This document shows, piece by piece, positions 36,041-48,712 of a DNA stretch of 64,000 nt. Origin of the DNA: Chiloscyllium plagiosum (taxonomy: Eukaryota). Each line of letters starts with the position of its first letter. Position 1 is the stretch's first letter. The notes under the pieces were generated by a model that made no database searches, was not told the origin of the DNA, and worked only from the letters and a program-made list of their open reading frames with translations. The DNA lies in contig NC_057719.1 of NCBI RefSeq assembly GCF_004010195.1, positions 2,471,165-2,535,164 on the forward strand, written 5' to 3'. The position numbers and the translations under genes were made by a program.

Positions 36041-37575
36041 TTTATTATTGTATCTTTGATCCCTAGACATTACAAAACGATTAATAATGAGGGATGGATG
36101 AAGAATGTTCTGCTGTTGTTACGTGAAATGTACCAGGACTGCTGATTCAGTGGATCACTTGTATTCTGTTCCGCTGAGTATGATTGATCACTGGATAAGC
36201 TTTTGCTGTTGTCAGTAGACGTGACTGTGAGCAGCATCACACTTATAAGTAAACGGTTTTTGGCAGAGACAGTTGGAAAAAAGGTCACCTCAGTGGTTTC
36301 CTGCTTTGCAGTATAAGTCTGCCTCTCTCTGTTAGAAGGATCAGGGGGCATTATCCTCAAGTCTGCCTCATCCTGGTCACCTGAACCTCTTGGTCCAGAC
36401 ATGGAAGGCTATTCAACCATAAGGGAATCACTGTTGGCCCCAAGTTCTAGCTGGATGGATGGAATATTGCACCGACCATTTCTTGGTAACTGACACTACT
36501 TGGTGGGAGTGAAGAAGGCATTAGTGACACATGGAAGGCAAAGTGATTACTGTGATGTTTAACGGTACACCTACACTTAATGTTTGACATTGCCCACTCC
36601 ATTTACTACAATATCCAGAAAAGATTTTTGAAAGGGTGCAACAGAAGTCTGAGTAATAATCTCTGATGTGGTTCACAGATTAATTCCTTGATTCTGTTGG
36701 GGAAAGGGTAGATGACAGATTCGGTGCAGGTACATTGAACTGAAACCTCCATCTGCTCTGTAATAATTCTGTGATTTCTGTGACACAGAATTACTCATCT
36801 TTACATTAAACCCTTCCCAGGAAAAATTAATTTCCTTTTGATTTTTAGGTGAGATTATACACAGTAATAGTAACATGTCAATGAGAGGTTTGAAATTTTC
36901 AGCTTCCAGATTTCAATGGTGTCTGTCCAATATTGTTCCAATTCCTGTGCAGTTGCTAAACAGGGAGGGAGCTGGTGTAAGAAATGATTTATGGTCACGA
37001 AATTCCGTGAGAATCTCCTGAGTTGTCTGAACCCAGACATTCAGAGACATGTACAGCACAAGACGATACTCCCGGGGTAAAGCTGTCACGGAGCGTAGAG
37101 CTAATGGGATCAAAGGTGAAATTGAATCTACGGCATTCAACTTTGACAGAGTTAAAGAGGAGATTGCAACAGTTAGATGATGTTCAGGAAATCGCAGCTG
37201 TGCTATGAAACAAATCAGTCAAGTTAAAATTGAGCTGCATCAGCCACATTCTAAGGTTTGCCCTGTTTGTCTACACTGGAGGGAGAGTATAACACATTTT
37301 AATGGAGGCGAGTACAATTTTGCCCTTTAAGAACCATTAAGAAATATTTGGACAGGTACATGGATGGGAAAGGTATTGAGTAATATAGACCAAACGTAGG
37401 CAAATGAGACTAGTTTAATTGTCAAAACTGGTGACATGGACAAGTTGGGCCAAAGGGCCTGTTTCTATGCCGTAATCCTCTATGACTCTACATTGAGTTA
37501 AACGTGTTTTATGCTGTCTGTATTAGACTTTGTCCCACTTTACAAGGTAAAACGTTGCACATTATCTATGGCTTG

Positions 37576-39470
37576 TGTTATGCTCCCAGCTGATATTATT
37601 ACAGGACTAGTCTGATCCAGACTGAAATCTGTCTTGATTGATCATATGTTTTTTCTTGTTGGTTTTAATGAGTTGGTCTCTCACTGTGAAACTGGCACAC
37701 AGTGCTGCAGATAAAACAATAAGACAGAAATTTATTACAATAAAAAGATAAAACAGAATAAATCAAGCTATTTTCTCCTTCATTAATCCTGCTGAAAGAC
37801 GAACAGTATTATTGACTGATTTGCTCTGGTGTCTCTCAATATCTTTACCGGTTTATTCTTTGGCTTGAAGCATAAAGAAATACCACTCCTTTTAAGAGAA
37901 TCTACTCAGCACCTGAACTGTCTCTCATGCCTTCGTACATGTTAAGGAAATGTGTTTGCTTTGTGCTACTGTTGCAGTTTTAATACTTACTTCCTTTCCT
38001 GATGCCTCCTTTATTAAAGATTGCTCAGATATTCTTGCTACTGCAATTGTTTTCCCATTTAAATTTAAGCAATTGGAATTACTGTGTCCAATCTTATTGC
38101 AATGCAAATATGTTAATTTCTTTACATCACTCTTTGGTTGCTACAATTCTGCTTTATTACCTCTGCCTATTCTCTAAAACCTTGTATCTGTAGATCTTCT
38201 ATTCCTCCAATTTCCCTGAAAATTTCCATTTGCCAATCTCTCCACCAGCATGAGGTATCATAAGCATCTGCCAGAACTGTTGCCTCTCTGATCTTAAATA
38301 CTTGCTGCTCTTCTATAGAAGTTTTTAAGTTGTAGGAGTGTTATTCTTGAATTTTTCCATGATTGTGTTTTCTCTTACATTCTCTTACTGTCTCTACTTG
38401 GAGAGATCTAGATTATTGATCTGACACCATTTCATTCATCCTTGTGAATTCTAAAGCACAGTTCTAATCATTCTTGAAAATGTATCATTTGGTTTCTTTC
38501 TTGTAATTCTAAATTGTAATTGTTAAACTTCAGTCAGAAGCTCACAGGCTTTAAGTACTGCCTCTCTAATAGTTGCATACTCTACAGACGGTTCTTCTGA
38601 CAAACTGGTTGCACAGTCATATCAGTAGCTGTGAAAACACTGAAATATTTAGGTCCAAGCATATTTTGGCCATTCCAGCTAACTTCTCGAATCAGATAAC
38701 AGATTTTTCAACTCCAAACTCACTAAATTTAGGCATTGAGCATAAATTCTTAGTTAAAAAGAAGTCTCTCATCAGAGTCAGAATCATCATCTAAGTTCTT
38801 TCCTTCTTTATTAAAAGCTGTTCCATGTTAACTCATGCCCCCGAAGTTTCCAATCTGTTTGATGTTCAAGTGTTTTTTAAGATTCCATCTTTATTCTCAT
38901 TATCCTCAATCTATCTTTTTCTCCCTTTCCATTTCAAATTTTTAAACTCTAGTCCCTGTGTTTTTCTCACTCCTTTAAATCAAACATTTTCATTACTAAC
39001 TCAAGATATATTCTAATTATGATGTGTTAATGTCAGATTTCCTTTATTCCAATTTTAAATGTTGGATAATTACTTGTAGCATCTAATTTTTGCAAAATGC
39101 TGCTTTTACTTTCAATTTATCTTCTCGCACTGTGTTTGTCAAATATTTTAACTAATCCACAGTAATATTCTCTACTCCCAGAAAACTGTTAGCAACATTC
39201 AGAGCCATGCTACAAACATCACTGCAATACAATTGCTTTATGCCCAGACCCATTACTTTATCATTACTTTTAAAAGAAAGACACAGATCCCTCCCTTAAA
39301 TGCAATGAGTTCAAAATCATGTATAAGCCCCCAAGTTGTTATAAACTTTGTTGACATTATTACTCAAAGCTCCAGACTGAATTCTGGCTTGATATATTGT
39401 AGTTTTTGCTGGCTCTAATGAGGTGATTTTGCATTGAAACACAATTGTGCAATGATGCAGATGTTTCAAT
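37576..39470 (-). mobile_element. Ancient Gmr1-like Gypsy remnant: two diverged LTR ends, PBS and decayed SCAN-like gag
   Basis: Related segments begin TGTTAT at 37576 and 39337 (shared TGAYATTATTAC, TCCAGACTGAAWTCTGKCTTGAT). Minus strand has a PBS-like TGGGGGCTTATACATGAT at 39316-39333 and peptides EAVLKACELL, IMEKFKN, SIEEQQVFKIREATVLADAY. Confidence 0.65.
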
Positions 39471-39477
39471 AATAAAT

Positions 39478-40090
39478 GGGTGTCACGGTGGCTCAGTGGT
39501 TAGCACTGCAGTCTCACTACGTCAGGGACCTGGGTTTGATTCCAGCCTCTGTGAGCGGCACGGTGGCACAGTGGTTAGCACTGTTGCCTCACAGCGCCAG
39601 AGACCCGGGTTCAATTCCCGCCTCAGGTGACTGACTGTGTGGAGTTTGCACGTTCTCCCCGTGTCTGCGTGGGTTTCCTCCGCGTGCTCCAGTTTCCTCC
39701 CACAGTCACAAAGATGTGCAGGTCAGGTGAATTGGCCACGCTAAATTGCCTGTAGTGTTAGGTATGGGGTAAATGTAGAGGCATGGGTGGGTTGCGCTTC
39801 GGCGGGTCGGTGTGGACTTGTTGGGCCGAAGGGCCTGTTTCCATACTGTAATGTAATGTAATCTAATCTCTGTGCGGAGTTTGCACATTCTCCCTGTGTC
39901 TGTGCGGGTTTCCTCCCACAATCCAAAGATGTGCAGGCAAGGGTGGATTGGCCATACTATAATTGACCATAATGTTAGGTGCATTAGTCAGAGGGAGATG
40001 GGTCTGGGTGGGTTGCTCTTCGGAGGGTCGGTGTGGACTGGTTGGGCCGAAGGGCCTGTTTCCACACTGTAGGGAATCTAACCTAAAAAA
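39478..40090 (+). mobile_element. Young HE1 SINE (39554-39867) nested in an older HE1 SINE
   Basis: CTCTGTG duplicated at 39547-39553 / 39868-39874; two tRNA heads and two tails. Confidence 0.88.
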
Positions 40091-40819
40091 AGACTATTAT
40101 CCAGAAGAAATGAGGATAAAATAAAAACAAAACTTATTTACATGATTAAAGTTTTTGAAACTTGTAGTTTTTCAATGAAAACTAAATACGCTGCAGATCG
40201 CTACAGTCAGACAAAGGAAGACAGAAGAGAAAGGAAGCTAATGTTTCAAGTCTAGATGACTCAATAATTTACTCATACATTGTGTGAAAAAATGCAATGC
40301 CTTAATCCCAACAACATCCCTTCACAAAACTCAGCCAGAGAGAATTCCTTTCTCAATGATGCACAGCATTTGACTGAGCTGGGCAGTCACCTCTCAGTCT
40401 TGAAAATCCTTGATTCTCTCTGTAATTGAGCGTAAATTTTCTCAGCTTCAAATAGTCCCTCCAGGGTTTTAATGAATCACTTCTGGTTTGGAATTTTTAA
40501 AATAAACTCCTTACACTGAACAAGTCTATTTTTTAACAGTTCAAAACCATCTCCCTTTCTCAGGAGCAAATTTGTTACACATCCAGTTTCAGCCAAAGCT
40601 TCTGCAAACGACGGAACTGAAACTTAAAAGCTTTTTATTTCCCTAAGATTTAATCAGAGGAAAAGAAAACAACCCTTGACCTTCAAAGTTGAAATTTACT
40701 GTCCAATTATTTACTTAAATTCTGCCAATGTAAATAATCTCCAATTAATTCTCTCTTGGATTTTTTAAACATGAATCACTATGGCTATAGAAGTAATTAA
40801 AAGGTAATCGTTAAACCCC

Positions 40820-41200
40820 AAGCAAAAACAGGAGTTTCTGGAAAAGCTCAGCAGGTCTAGCAGCACCTGTGAAGAGAAATCAGAGTTAACACTTGGGGGC
40901 AGTGACCCTTCCTCTGAGGAACTCCTGTGGAGATGTCTTGGAGCTGAGATGACTGATCTCCAACAACCACAACTGTCTTCCTATGTGCCAGGGATGACTC
41001 CAACCAGCAGAGGGTTTGCCTCTGATACCCAGTGAATTCCTGTTTTGCCGGGGCTCCTTGATGCCACACTTGGTGGAATGTGGCCTGAATGTCAAGGGCT
41101 GTCCCTCTCCCCTCCCCTCTGGAATTCAGCTCTTTTGTCCATGTTTGAGCCTAAGGCTGTAAAGAGGTCAGGAGCTGAATATTCCTGGCAGAACCCAAAC
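40820..41200 (-). mobile_element. Family B Penelope-type repeat (40820-40916) abutting an RT fragment of the 1-2640 LINE family
   Basis: Minus ORF 40857-41069 WHQGAPAK..LCWLESSLAHRKTVVVVGDQSSQLQDISTGVPQ. Confidence 0.75.
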
Positions 41201-41477
41201 TGCGTGTTAATGTTTCAGTTCCTGATAACTTTCTGTGAGTGAAAATAATACTCATCTAGGCATTTTGTCACCCATTTTGAATCTGTGATCAGTAACTGTT
41301 GACCATTCATCAGAAGGGTCTTTCAACATTCTGAAAAAACCCATTACGTTACCTCTTAAAAATCTCTGCTCCCTTGACAACATTTCTAACTGTTCAATTT
41401 CTCCTTGTCAATGAATCCCTCATCCCTTGGTAAATCTCTGCTATTCCTTTTCTGAGGCCTTTCCTGGTGTGTGGGGG

Positions 41478-41569
41478 CTGAAAATGTGTTGCTGGAAAAG
41501 CGCAGCAGGTCAGGCAGCATCCAGGGAACAGGAGAATCGACGTTTCGGGCATAAGCCCTTCTTCAGGAA
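41478..41569 (-). mobile_element. 92-bp Penelope-type family A insertion with intact hammerhead core and 13-bp TSD
   Basis: TGGTGTGTGGGGG at 41465-41477 / 41570-41582; minus strand ATTC-CTGAAGA-A-GGGC(TTAT)GCCC-GAAA-CGTC-GATT. Confidence 0.88.
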
Positions 41570-41669
41570 TGGTGTGTGGGGGTGCTATCTGCAGTTCTCC
41601 AGCTGAAGCTGAACCAGTGACATGGTCCTCTTCCTTTCCCCATTGTTGAAGGACTGTGTTATTATGTTA

Positions 41670-41860
41670 GGAGACAGTGAGGGCTGCAGATGCTGGAGCT
41701 CAGAGTTGAGAGTGTGGTGCTGGAAAAGCACAGCAGGTCAGGCAGCATCTGAGGAGCAGGAGAATTGATGTTTCAGGCATAAGCCCTTCATTGGGAATTC
41801 TGATTCTCCTGCTCCTTGGATGCTGCCTGATGTGCTGTGCTTTCCTAGTACTACACTTTT
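41670..41860. mobile_element. Hairpin Penelope-type family A insertion
   Basis: Inverted arms GAAAAGCACAGCAGGTCAGGCAGCATC and GATGCTGCCTGATGTGCTGTGCTTTCC. Confidence 0.8.
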
Positions 41861-41861
41861 G

Positions 41862-42433
41862 TGTTGCAGCTGTGGAGGGCATTGGTTAGGATACCTTTGG
41901 AGTATTGTGCCCAATTCTGATCTCCTAGCTAGGGGAAGATGCTGTGAAACTTGAAAGGGTTCAGAAAACATGTTGCCAGGGTTGGAGGACATGAGCTGTA
42001 GGGAGAGGCTAAATAGGCTGGGGCTATTTTCACTGGAGTGTCAGAGGCTGGGGGGTGACCTTGTAGAGGTTTATAAAATCATGGAGGGGCATGAATAGAG
42101 TAAATAGACAAGGTGTTTTCCCCAGGGTAGGGAGTCCAAAACTAGTGAGCACAGGTTCAAGATAAGAGGGGAAATATTTAAAAAGGACTTAAGGGGTAAC
42201 TTTTTCACGCAGAGGGTGGTGAGTGTATGGAATGAGCTGCCAGTGGAAGTGGTGGAGACTGGTACAATTACAGAATTTAAAGGGCATCTGGATGGGTACA
42301 TGAAAAGGAAGGGTTTAGTGCGATAAGGGCCAAGTGCTGGCAAATGGAGCTGGGTCAGATTGAGATACCTGATCAGCAGGGATGAGGTGAACCAAACGGT
42401 CTGTATCCGTGCTGTACATCTCTGTGACTCTAT
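41862..42433 (+). mobile_element. CR1 3' fragment
   Basis: Homologous to the reverse complement of 34935-35500; ends CTCTGTGACTCTATG. Confidence 0.85.
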
Positions 42434-43861
42434 GGTACAATACTCTGGGGAATCAGGGGCACGGGGCCAAGAGGTGGAAGCTACGTGTGGGTAATGCTCA
42501 CTGACAGTTTTACCATCAATACATTCAGCAATGATGGTATGAAATATTGGAACTGCAGCTCCTAATGTTGGTGATCCCAAATCAGCAAAGACAGGACGAC
42601 ACCTGTCAATCTCTCAAACTGATGTTTAGAAACTGGAGGACACCATTCAGCCCTTCAAGGCTGTAGATAGAAACTGGAGGAGGCCACTCTGCCCTTTAAA
42701 CCAGTGCTGTTCTGCAGTGAGATGGTGGCTTGCAGATCCCATATATTTGGTCAGTTACCCAGTCAGAGACTGTTGGACACTAACCCGACCTGTTCATGTG
42801 ACAACGAGGAGGAGGTGCAGTTCCCTCAAGAGTGCAGAGTGGGATCCCACAAAGCAGTCCTTAAAAAATATCAAACCCAAATCCGGACTTCATTTCCGGA
42901 GGGGTGACACGGCAAAGTGGGGAAATTATGTCAATATGAAACTGGAATTTGCTGAAGAAACTCAGCAGTTCTGGCAACATCTGTGCACAGAGAAAAACAG
43001 AGTTGAGGTTTTGAGTCCAGTATGATCCATCTTCAGAACTGTGAAGTGGAAATGTGCTGGGTTTAATCCTGTTGATTAAAATGGGGGGAGGAACATGTGT
43101 AACAGAAGGCAAGGTGAGGGAAAGGTTGATGGGAAAAGAAGGTTAGGGATTATAGATGCTGTACAGTACCACCCAAAATGAGTGGACTTGATGATAGTTA
43201 ATGACAAACTGTTAGTTCACAGTAGGCATCAAATACATATGAAAGGTCAGCTCTGACTGAAACTAAAAGTCACAGAAACTAGATGCAGATACTGAGAGAA
43301 ACAAAATCTGATAAAAGGACAGTGTTCTTGCCATGAAATTGAGCTCAGCGTTAACTCCTGAGGATTGTAATGTGCCAAATGGAGGAAAAGGGGATGCTGC
43401 TCCCTCAGTTTCTTTGAGTTTCACTGGAAAGCCCAGGAGGACACAAACATAACTGTGAGAGCGAGATGGGGCATATTGAAATAGCAAGCATCTGGATGAT
43501 TGGTGTCAGAGAGAGAGGGGGTGGGCTGCAGATCGGTCACTCAGTCTGGGTTTAGTCTCTTCAAAGTCAGGAGAGGGCTGCCTCATCGGGTAGAGACAAA
43601 AACAACGGCAAGTGCTGGAATCCAATGTAGACAGACAGGGGGCTGGAGGAACACTGCAAGCCAGGCAGCACCAGCAGATGGAGAAGTGTTTCGGGTATAA
43701 CCCTTCTTAGGGACTGGGGCTGGGTTAGGGGGAGTTGCAGATAAAGCCATGAGCAGAGAATAAATGGGAAACAGTGCAGTACACCGCTGTTTCACCTGGA
43801 AGGTGGCCAGAAGACGGTGAGGGCAGACAAGGCAAAACAGACAAGCGTTCCATTGATTGCA

Positions 43862-46800
43862 AAGGGTCTTACAGACAGGGACTTACAGACAGGGACTTAC
43901 AGACGGAGACTTACACACAGGGATTAACAGACGGGGACTTACAGACAGGGATGTGCAGACAGGGACATACAGACAGGGACTAACAGACAGGGACTTACAG
44001 AGAGGGGCTTACAGACGGGGACTTACACACAGGGATTAACAGACAGGGACTTACAGACAGGGATGTGCAGACGGGGACTTACAGACAGGGACTTACAGAC
44101 AGGGACTTACAGACAGGGACTTACAGACAGGGACTTACAGACAGGGACTTACAGACAGGGACTTACAGACAGGGACTTACAGACAGGGACTTACAGACAG
44201 GGACTTACANNNAGACAGGGACTTACAGATGGGGACTAACAGACAGAGACTTATAGATGGGGACTAACAGACAGAGACTTATAGATGGGGACTAACAGAC
44301 AGAGACTTATAGATGGGGACTAACAGACAGAGACTTATAGATGGGGACTAACAGACAGAGACTTATAGATGGGGACTAACAGACAGAGACTTATAGATGG
44401 GGACTAACAGACAGAGACTTATAGATGGGGNNNNNNNNNNNNNNNNNNNNNNNNNNNNNNNNNNNNNNNNNNNNNNNNNNNNNNNNNNNNNNNNNNNNNN
44501 NNNNNNNNNNNNNNNNNNNNNNNNNNNNNNNNNNNNNNNNNNNNNNNNNNNNNNNNNNNNNNNNNNNNNNNNNNNNNNNNNNNNNNNNNNNNNNNNNNNN
44601 NNNNNNNNNNNNNNNNNNNNNNNNNNNNNNNNNNNNNNNNNNNNNNNNNNNNNNNNNNNNNNNNNNNNNNNNNNNNNNNNNNNNNNNNNNNNNNNNNNNN
44701 NNNNNNNNNNNNNNNNNNNNNNNNNNNNNNNNNNNNNNNNNNNNNNNNNNNNNNNNNNNNNNNNNNNNNNNNNNNNNNNNNNNNNNNNNNNNNNNNNNNN
44801 NNNNNNNNNNNNNNNNNNNNNNNNNNNNNNNNNNNNNNNNNNNNNNNNNNNNNNNNNNNNNNNNNNNNNNNNNNNNNNNNNNNNNNNNNNNNNNNNNNNN
44901 NNNNNNNNNNNNNNNNNNNNNNNNNNNNNNTACAGACAGGGACATACAGATGGGGACTTACGGACAGGGTCTAACAGACGGGGACTTACAGACATTGACT
45001 TCCAGACAGGGACTAACAGACTGGGACTTACAGATGGGGACGTACAGATGGGGACTAACAGACGGGGACTAACAGACAGGGACTTACAGACAGGGACTAA
45101 CTGCCAGGGACATACAGACAGGGACTTACAGACAGGGACTTTCAGACAGGGGCTTTCAGACGGGGACCAACAGACAGTGACTTACAGACGGGTACTAACA
45201 GACAGGGACTTACAGACGGGGACTTACAGACGGGGACTTACAGACGCTTACAGATGGGAACTTACACACTGGGACCTACAGACAGGGACATACAAACAGT
45301 GACTTACAGACGGGGAGTTACAGATGGGGACTTACAGACAGGGACGTACAGACAGGTACGTACAGACAGTGACTTACAGACGGGGAGTTACAGATGGGGA
45401 CTTACAGACAGGGACGTACAGACAGGGACGTACAGACAGTGACTTACAGACGGGGAGTTACAGATGGGGACGTACAGACAGGGACGTACAGACAGGGACG
45501 TACAGACAGTGACTTACAGACAGGGACTTACAGACGGAGACTTACTGATGGGGACTAACAGATGGGGACTTACAGACTGGGGACTAACAGACAGGGACTT
45601 ACAGACATGGACTTACAGACGGAGACTTACAGACGGAGACTTACAGATGGGGACTAACAGATGGGGACTACAGACTGGGGACTAACAGACAGGGACTTAC
45701 ATACAGGGACTTACAGACAGAGACTTACAGATGGGGACTAATAGATGGGGACTTACAGACAGGTACTTACAGACTGGGACTTACAGACATGGAATTACAG
45801 TCGGGGACTTACAGACAGGGACCTACAGACAGGGACTTACAGACGGGGACTAACAGACAGTGATTTACAGACAGGGACTAACAGACAGGGATTAACAGCC
45901 GGGGACATACAGACAGGGACTTACAGACGGGGATTTACGGACAGGGACTTACGGACAGGGACTTACGCACAGGGACTACAGACGGGGACTTACGGACAGG
46001 GACAAACAGACGGGGATTTACAGACAGGGCCTTACAGACAGGGACTTACAGACGGGGACTAACAGACGGGGACTAACAGACAGGGATTAACAGCCGGGGA
46101 CATATAGACAGGGACTTACAGACAGGGACTTACAGATGGGGGACTTACAGACAGGGCCTTACAGACAGGGACTTACAGACGGGGACTAACAGACGGGGAC
46201 TAACAGACAGGGATTAACAGCCGGGGACATATAGACAGGGTCTTACAGACAGGGCCTTACAGACAGGGACTTACAGATGGGGACTTACAGACAGGGACTA
46301 ACAGACGGGGACTTACAGACAGGGACTAACAGTAGGGGACTGACAGACATTGACTTCCAGACAGGGACTAACAGACAGGGACGTACAGATGGGGACTTAC
46401 AGATGGGGACTGACAGACAGAGACTTACAGACAGGGACTAACAGACGGGGACTAACAGACGGGAACTAACAGACAGGGCCTTACAGACAGGGCCTTACAG
46501 ACAGGGCCTTACAGACAGGGACTTACAGACAGTGAATAACAGACTGGGACTTAAACGCAGGGACTTACAGACAGGGACTAACAGACGGGGACTTACAGAC
46601 AGGGATTTACAGACAGGGACTTACAGACAGGGACTTACAGACAGGGATTTACAGACGGGGACTTACAGACAGGGACTAACTGCCGGGGACTTACAAACAG
46701 GGACTTACAGACAGGGACTTACAGACAGGGACTTTCGGACGGGGACTTACAGATGGGGATTTACAGACGGGGACTTACAGACGGGGACTTACAGACAGGG

Positions 46801-48712
46801 ACTTACAGAGAGGGACTTACAGACTGGGACTTACAGACCGGGACAAACGGACAGGGACTTACAGACAGGGACTTACAGACTGCGACTTACAGACGGGGAC
46901 TTACGGACAGGGACTTACAGACAGGGACTTTCAGACGGGGACTAACAGACAGTGACTTACAGACAGGGACTTACAGACAGGGACTTACAGACGGGGACTT
47001 ACAGACCGGGACAAACGGACAGGGACTTACAGACAGGGACTTACAGACTGCGACTTACAGACAGGGACTTACAGACAGGGACTTACAGACTGGGACTTAC
47101 AGACTGGGACTTACAGACAGGGACTTACGGACAGGGACTTACAGACGGGGACTTACAGACGGGGACTTACAGACCGGGACAAACGGACGGGGACTTACAG
47201 ACGGGGATTTACGGACAGGGACTTACAGACGGGGACTTACAGACTGGGACTTACAGACAGGGACTTACAGACAGGGACTTACAGACCGGGACAAATGGAC
47301 GGGGACTTACAGACGGGGACTTACAGATGGGGACTTAGAGATGGGGACTTCCAGATGGGGACTTCCAGACGGGGACTAACAGATGGGTACTTACACACTT
47401 GGACCTACAGACGGGGACTTACAGATGGGGACTTACAGACAGGGACGTGCAGACAGTGACTTACAAACAGGGACGTACAGACAGTGACTTACAGACAGGG
47501 ACTTACAGACGGAGACTTACAGATGGAGACTTACAGACGGAGACTTACAGATGGGGACTAACAGACAGGGACTTACAGACAGGGACTTACAGACGGAGAC
47601 TTACAGAGAGACTTACAGACGGAGACTTACAGATGGGGACTAACAGATGGGGACTAACAGACAGGGACTTACAGATGGGGACTAACAGATGGGGACTTAC
47701 AGACTGGGGACTAACAGACAGGGACTTACAGACAGGGACTTACAGACGGAGACTTACAGATGGGGACTAACAGATGGGGGCTTACAGACTGGGACTTACA
47801 GACAGGGACTTACAGACGGAGACTTACAGATGGGGACTTACAGACTGGGGACTAACAGACAGGGACTAATAGATGGGGACTTACAGACATGGACTAACAG
47901 GCAGGTACTTACAGACTGGGACTTACAGACCGGGACTTACAGACGGGGACTTACAGATGGGGACTTACAGACAGGGACTTACAGACGCGGAATTATAGAC
48001 ACGGACTAACAGACAGGGACTTATAGACACGGACTAACAGACAGGGACTTACAGACAGGGACTTACAGACAGGGACTTACAGACGGGGACTTACAGACAG
48101 GGACTTACAGACGGAACTAACAGACAGGGACTTACAGACAGGGACTTACAGACAGGGACTTGCAGTCGGGGACTTACAGACAGGGACTTATAGACGGGGA
48201 CTAACAGACAGGGACTTACAGACTGGGACTTACAGACAGGGACTTACAGACGCGGAATTACAGACGGGGACTAACAGACAGGGACTAACAGACGGGGACT
48301 TACAGACAGGGACTTACAGACAGGGACTAACAGACAGGGACTTACAGACAGGGACTTACAGACTGGGACTTACAGACTGGGATTTACAGACTGGGATTTA
48401 CAGACAGGGACTTACAGACGGGGACTAACAGACAGGGACTTACAGACTGGGACTTACAGACTGGGACTTACAGACAGGGACTTACAGACGCGGAATTACA
48501 GACACGGACTAACAGACGGGGACCATCAGACAGGGACTTACAGACGGGGACTTACAGACGTGGACTTACAGACAGGGATTTACAGACGGGGACTTACAGA
48601 CGGGGACTTACAGACAGGGACTTACAGACAGGGGCTGACAGACACGGACGTACAGGCGTGTGTTACAGACGGTGTCTTACAGACGGGGAGTTATAGACAC
48701 GGATTTACAGAC
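43862..48712 (+). repeat. ~4.85-kb minisatellite, 14-bp unit ACAGAC(A/G)GGGACT(T/A), with 28-bp and 70-bp higher-order blocks; gap at 44431-44930
   Basis: Directly visible tandem periodicity with degenerate ends. Confidence 0.97.

Noticed and set aside
36070..37210. ORFs 36070-36402 (-) and 37023-37208 (+) as host exons or gag
   Set aside because: No motif I can recognise and no convincing splice sites; a homology search would be needed.
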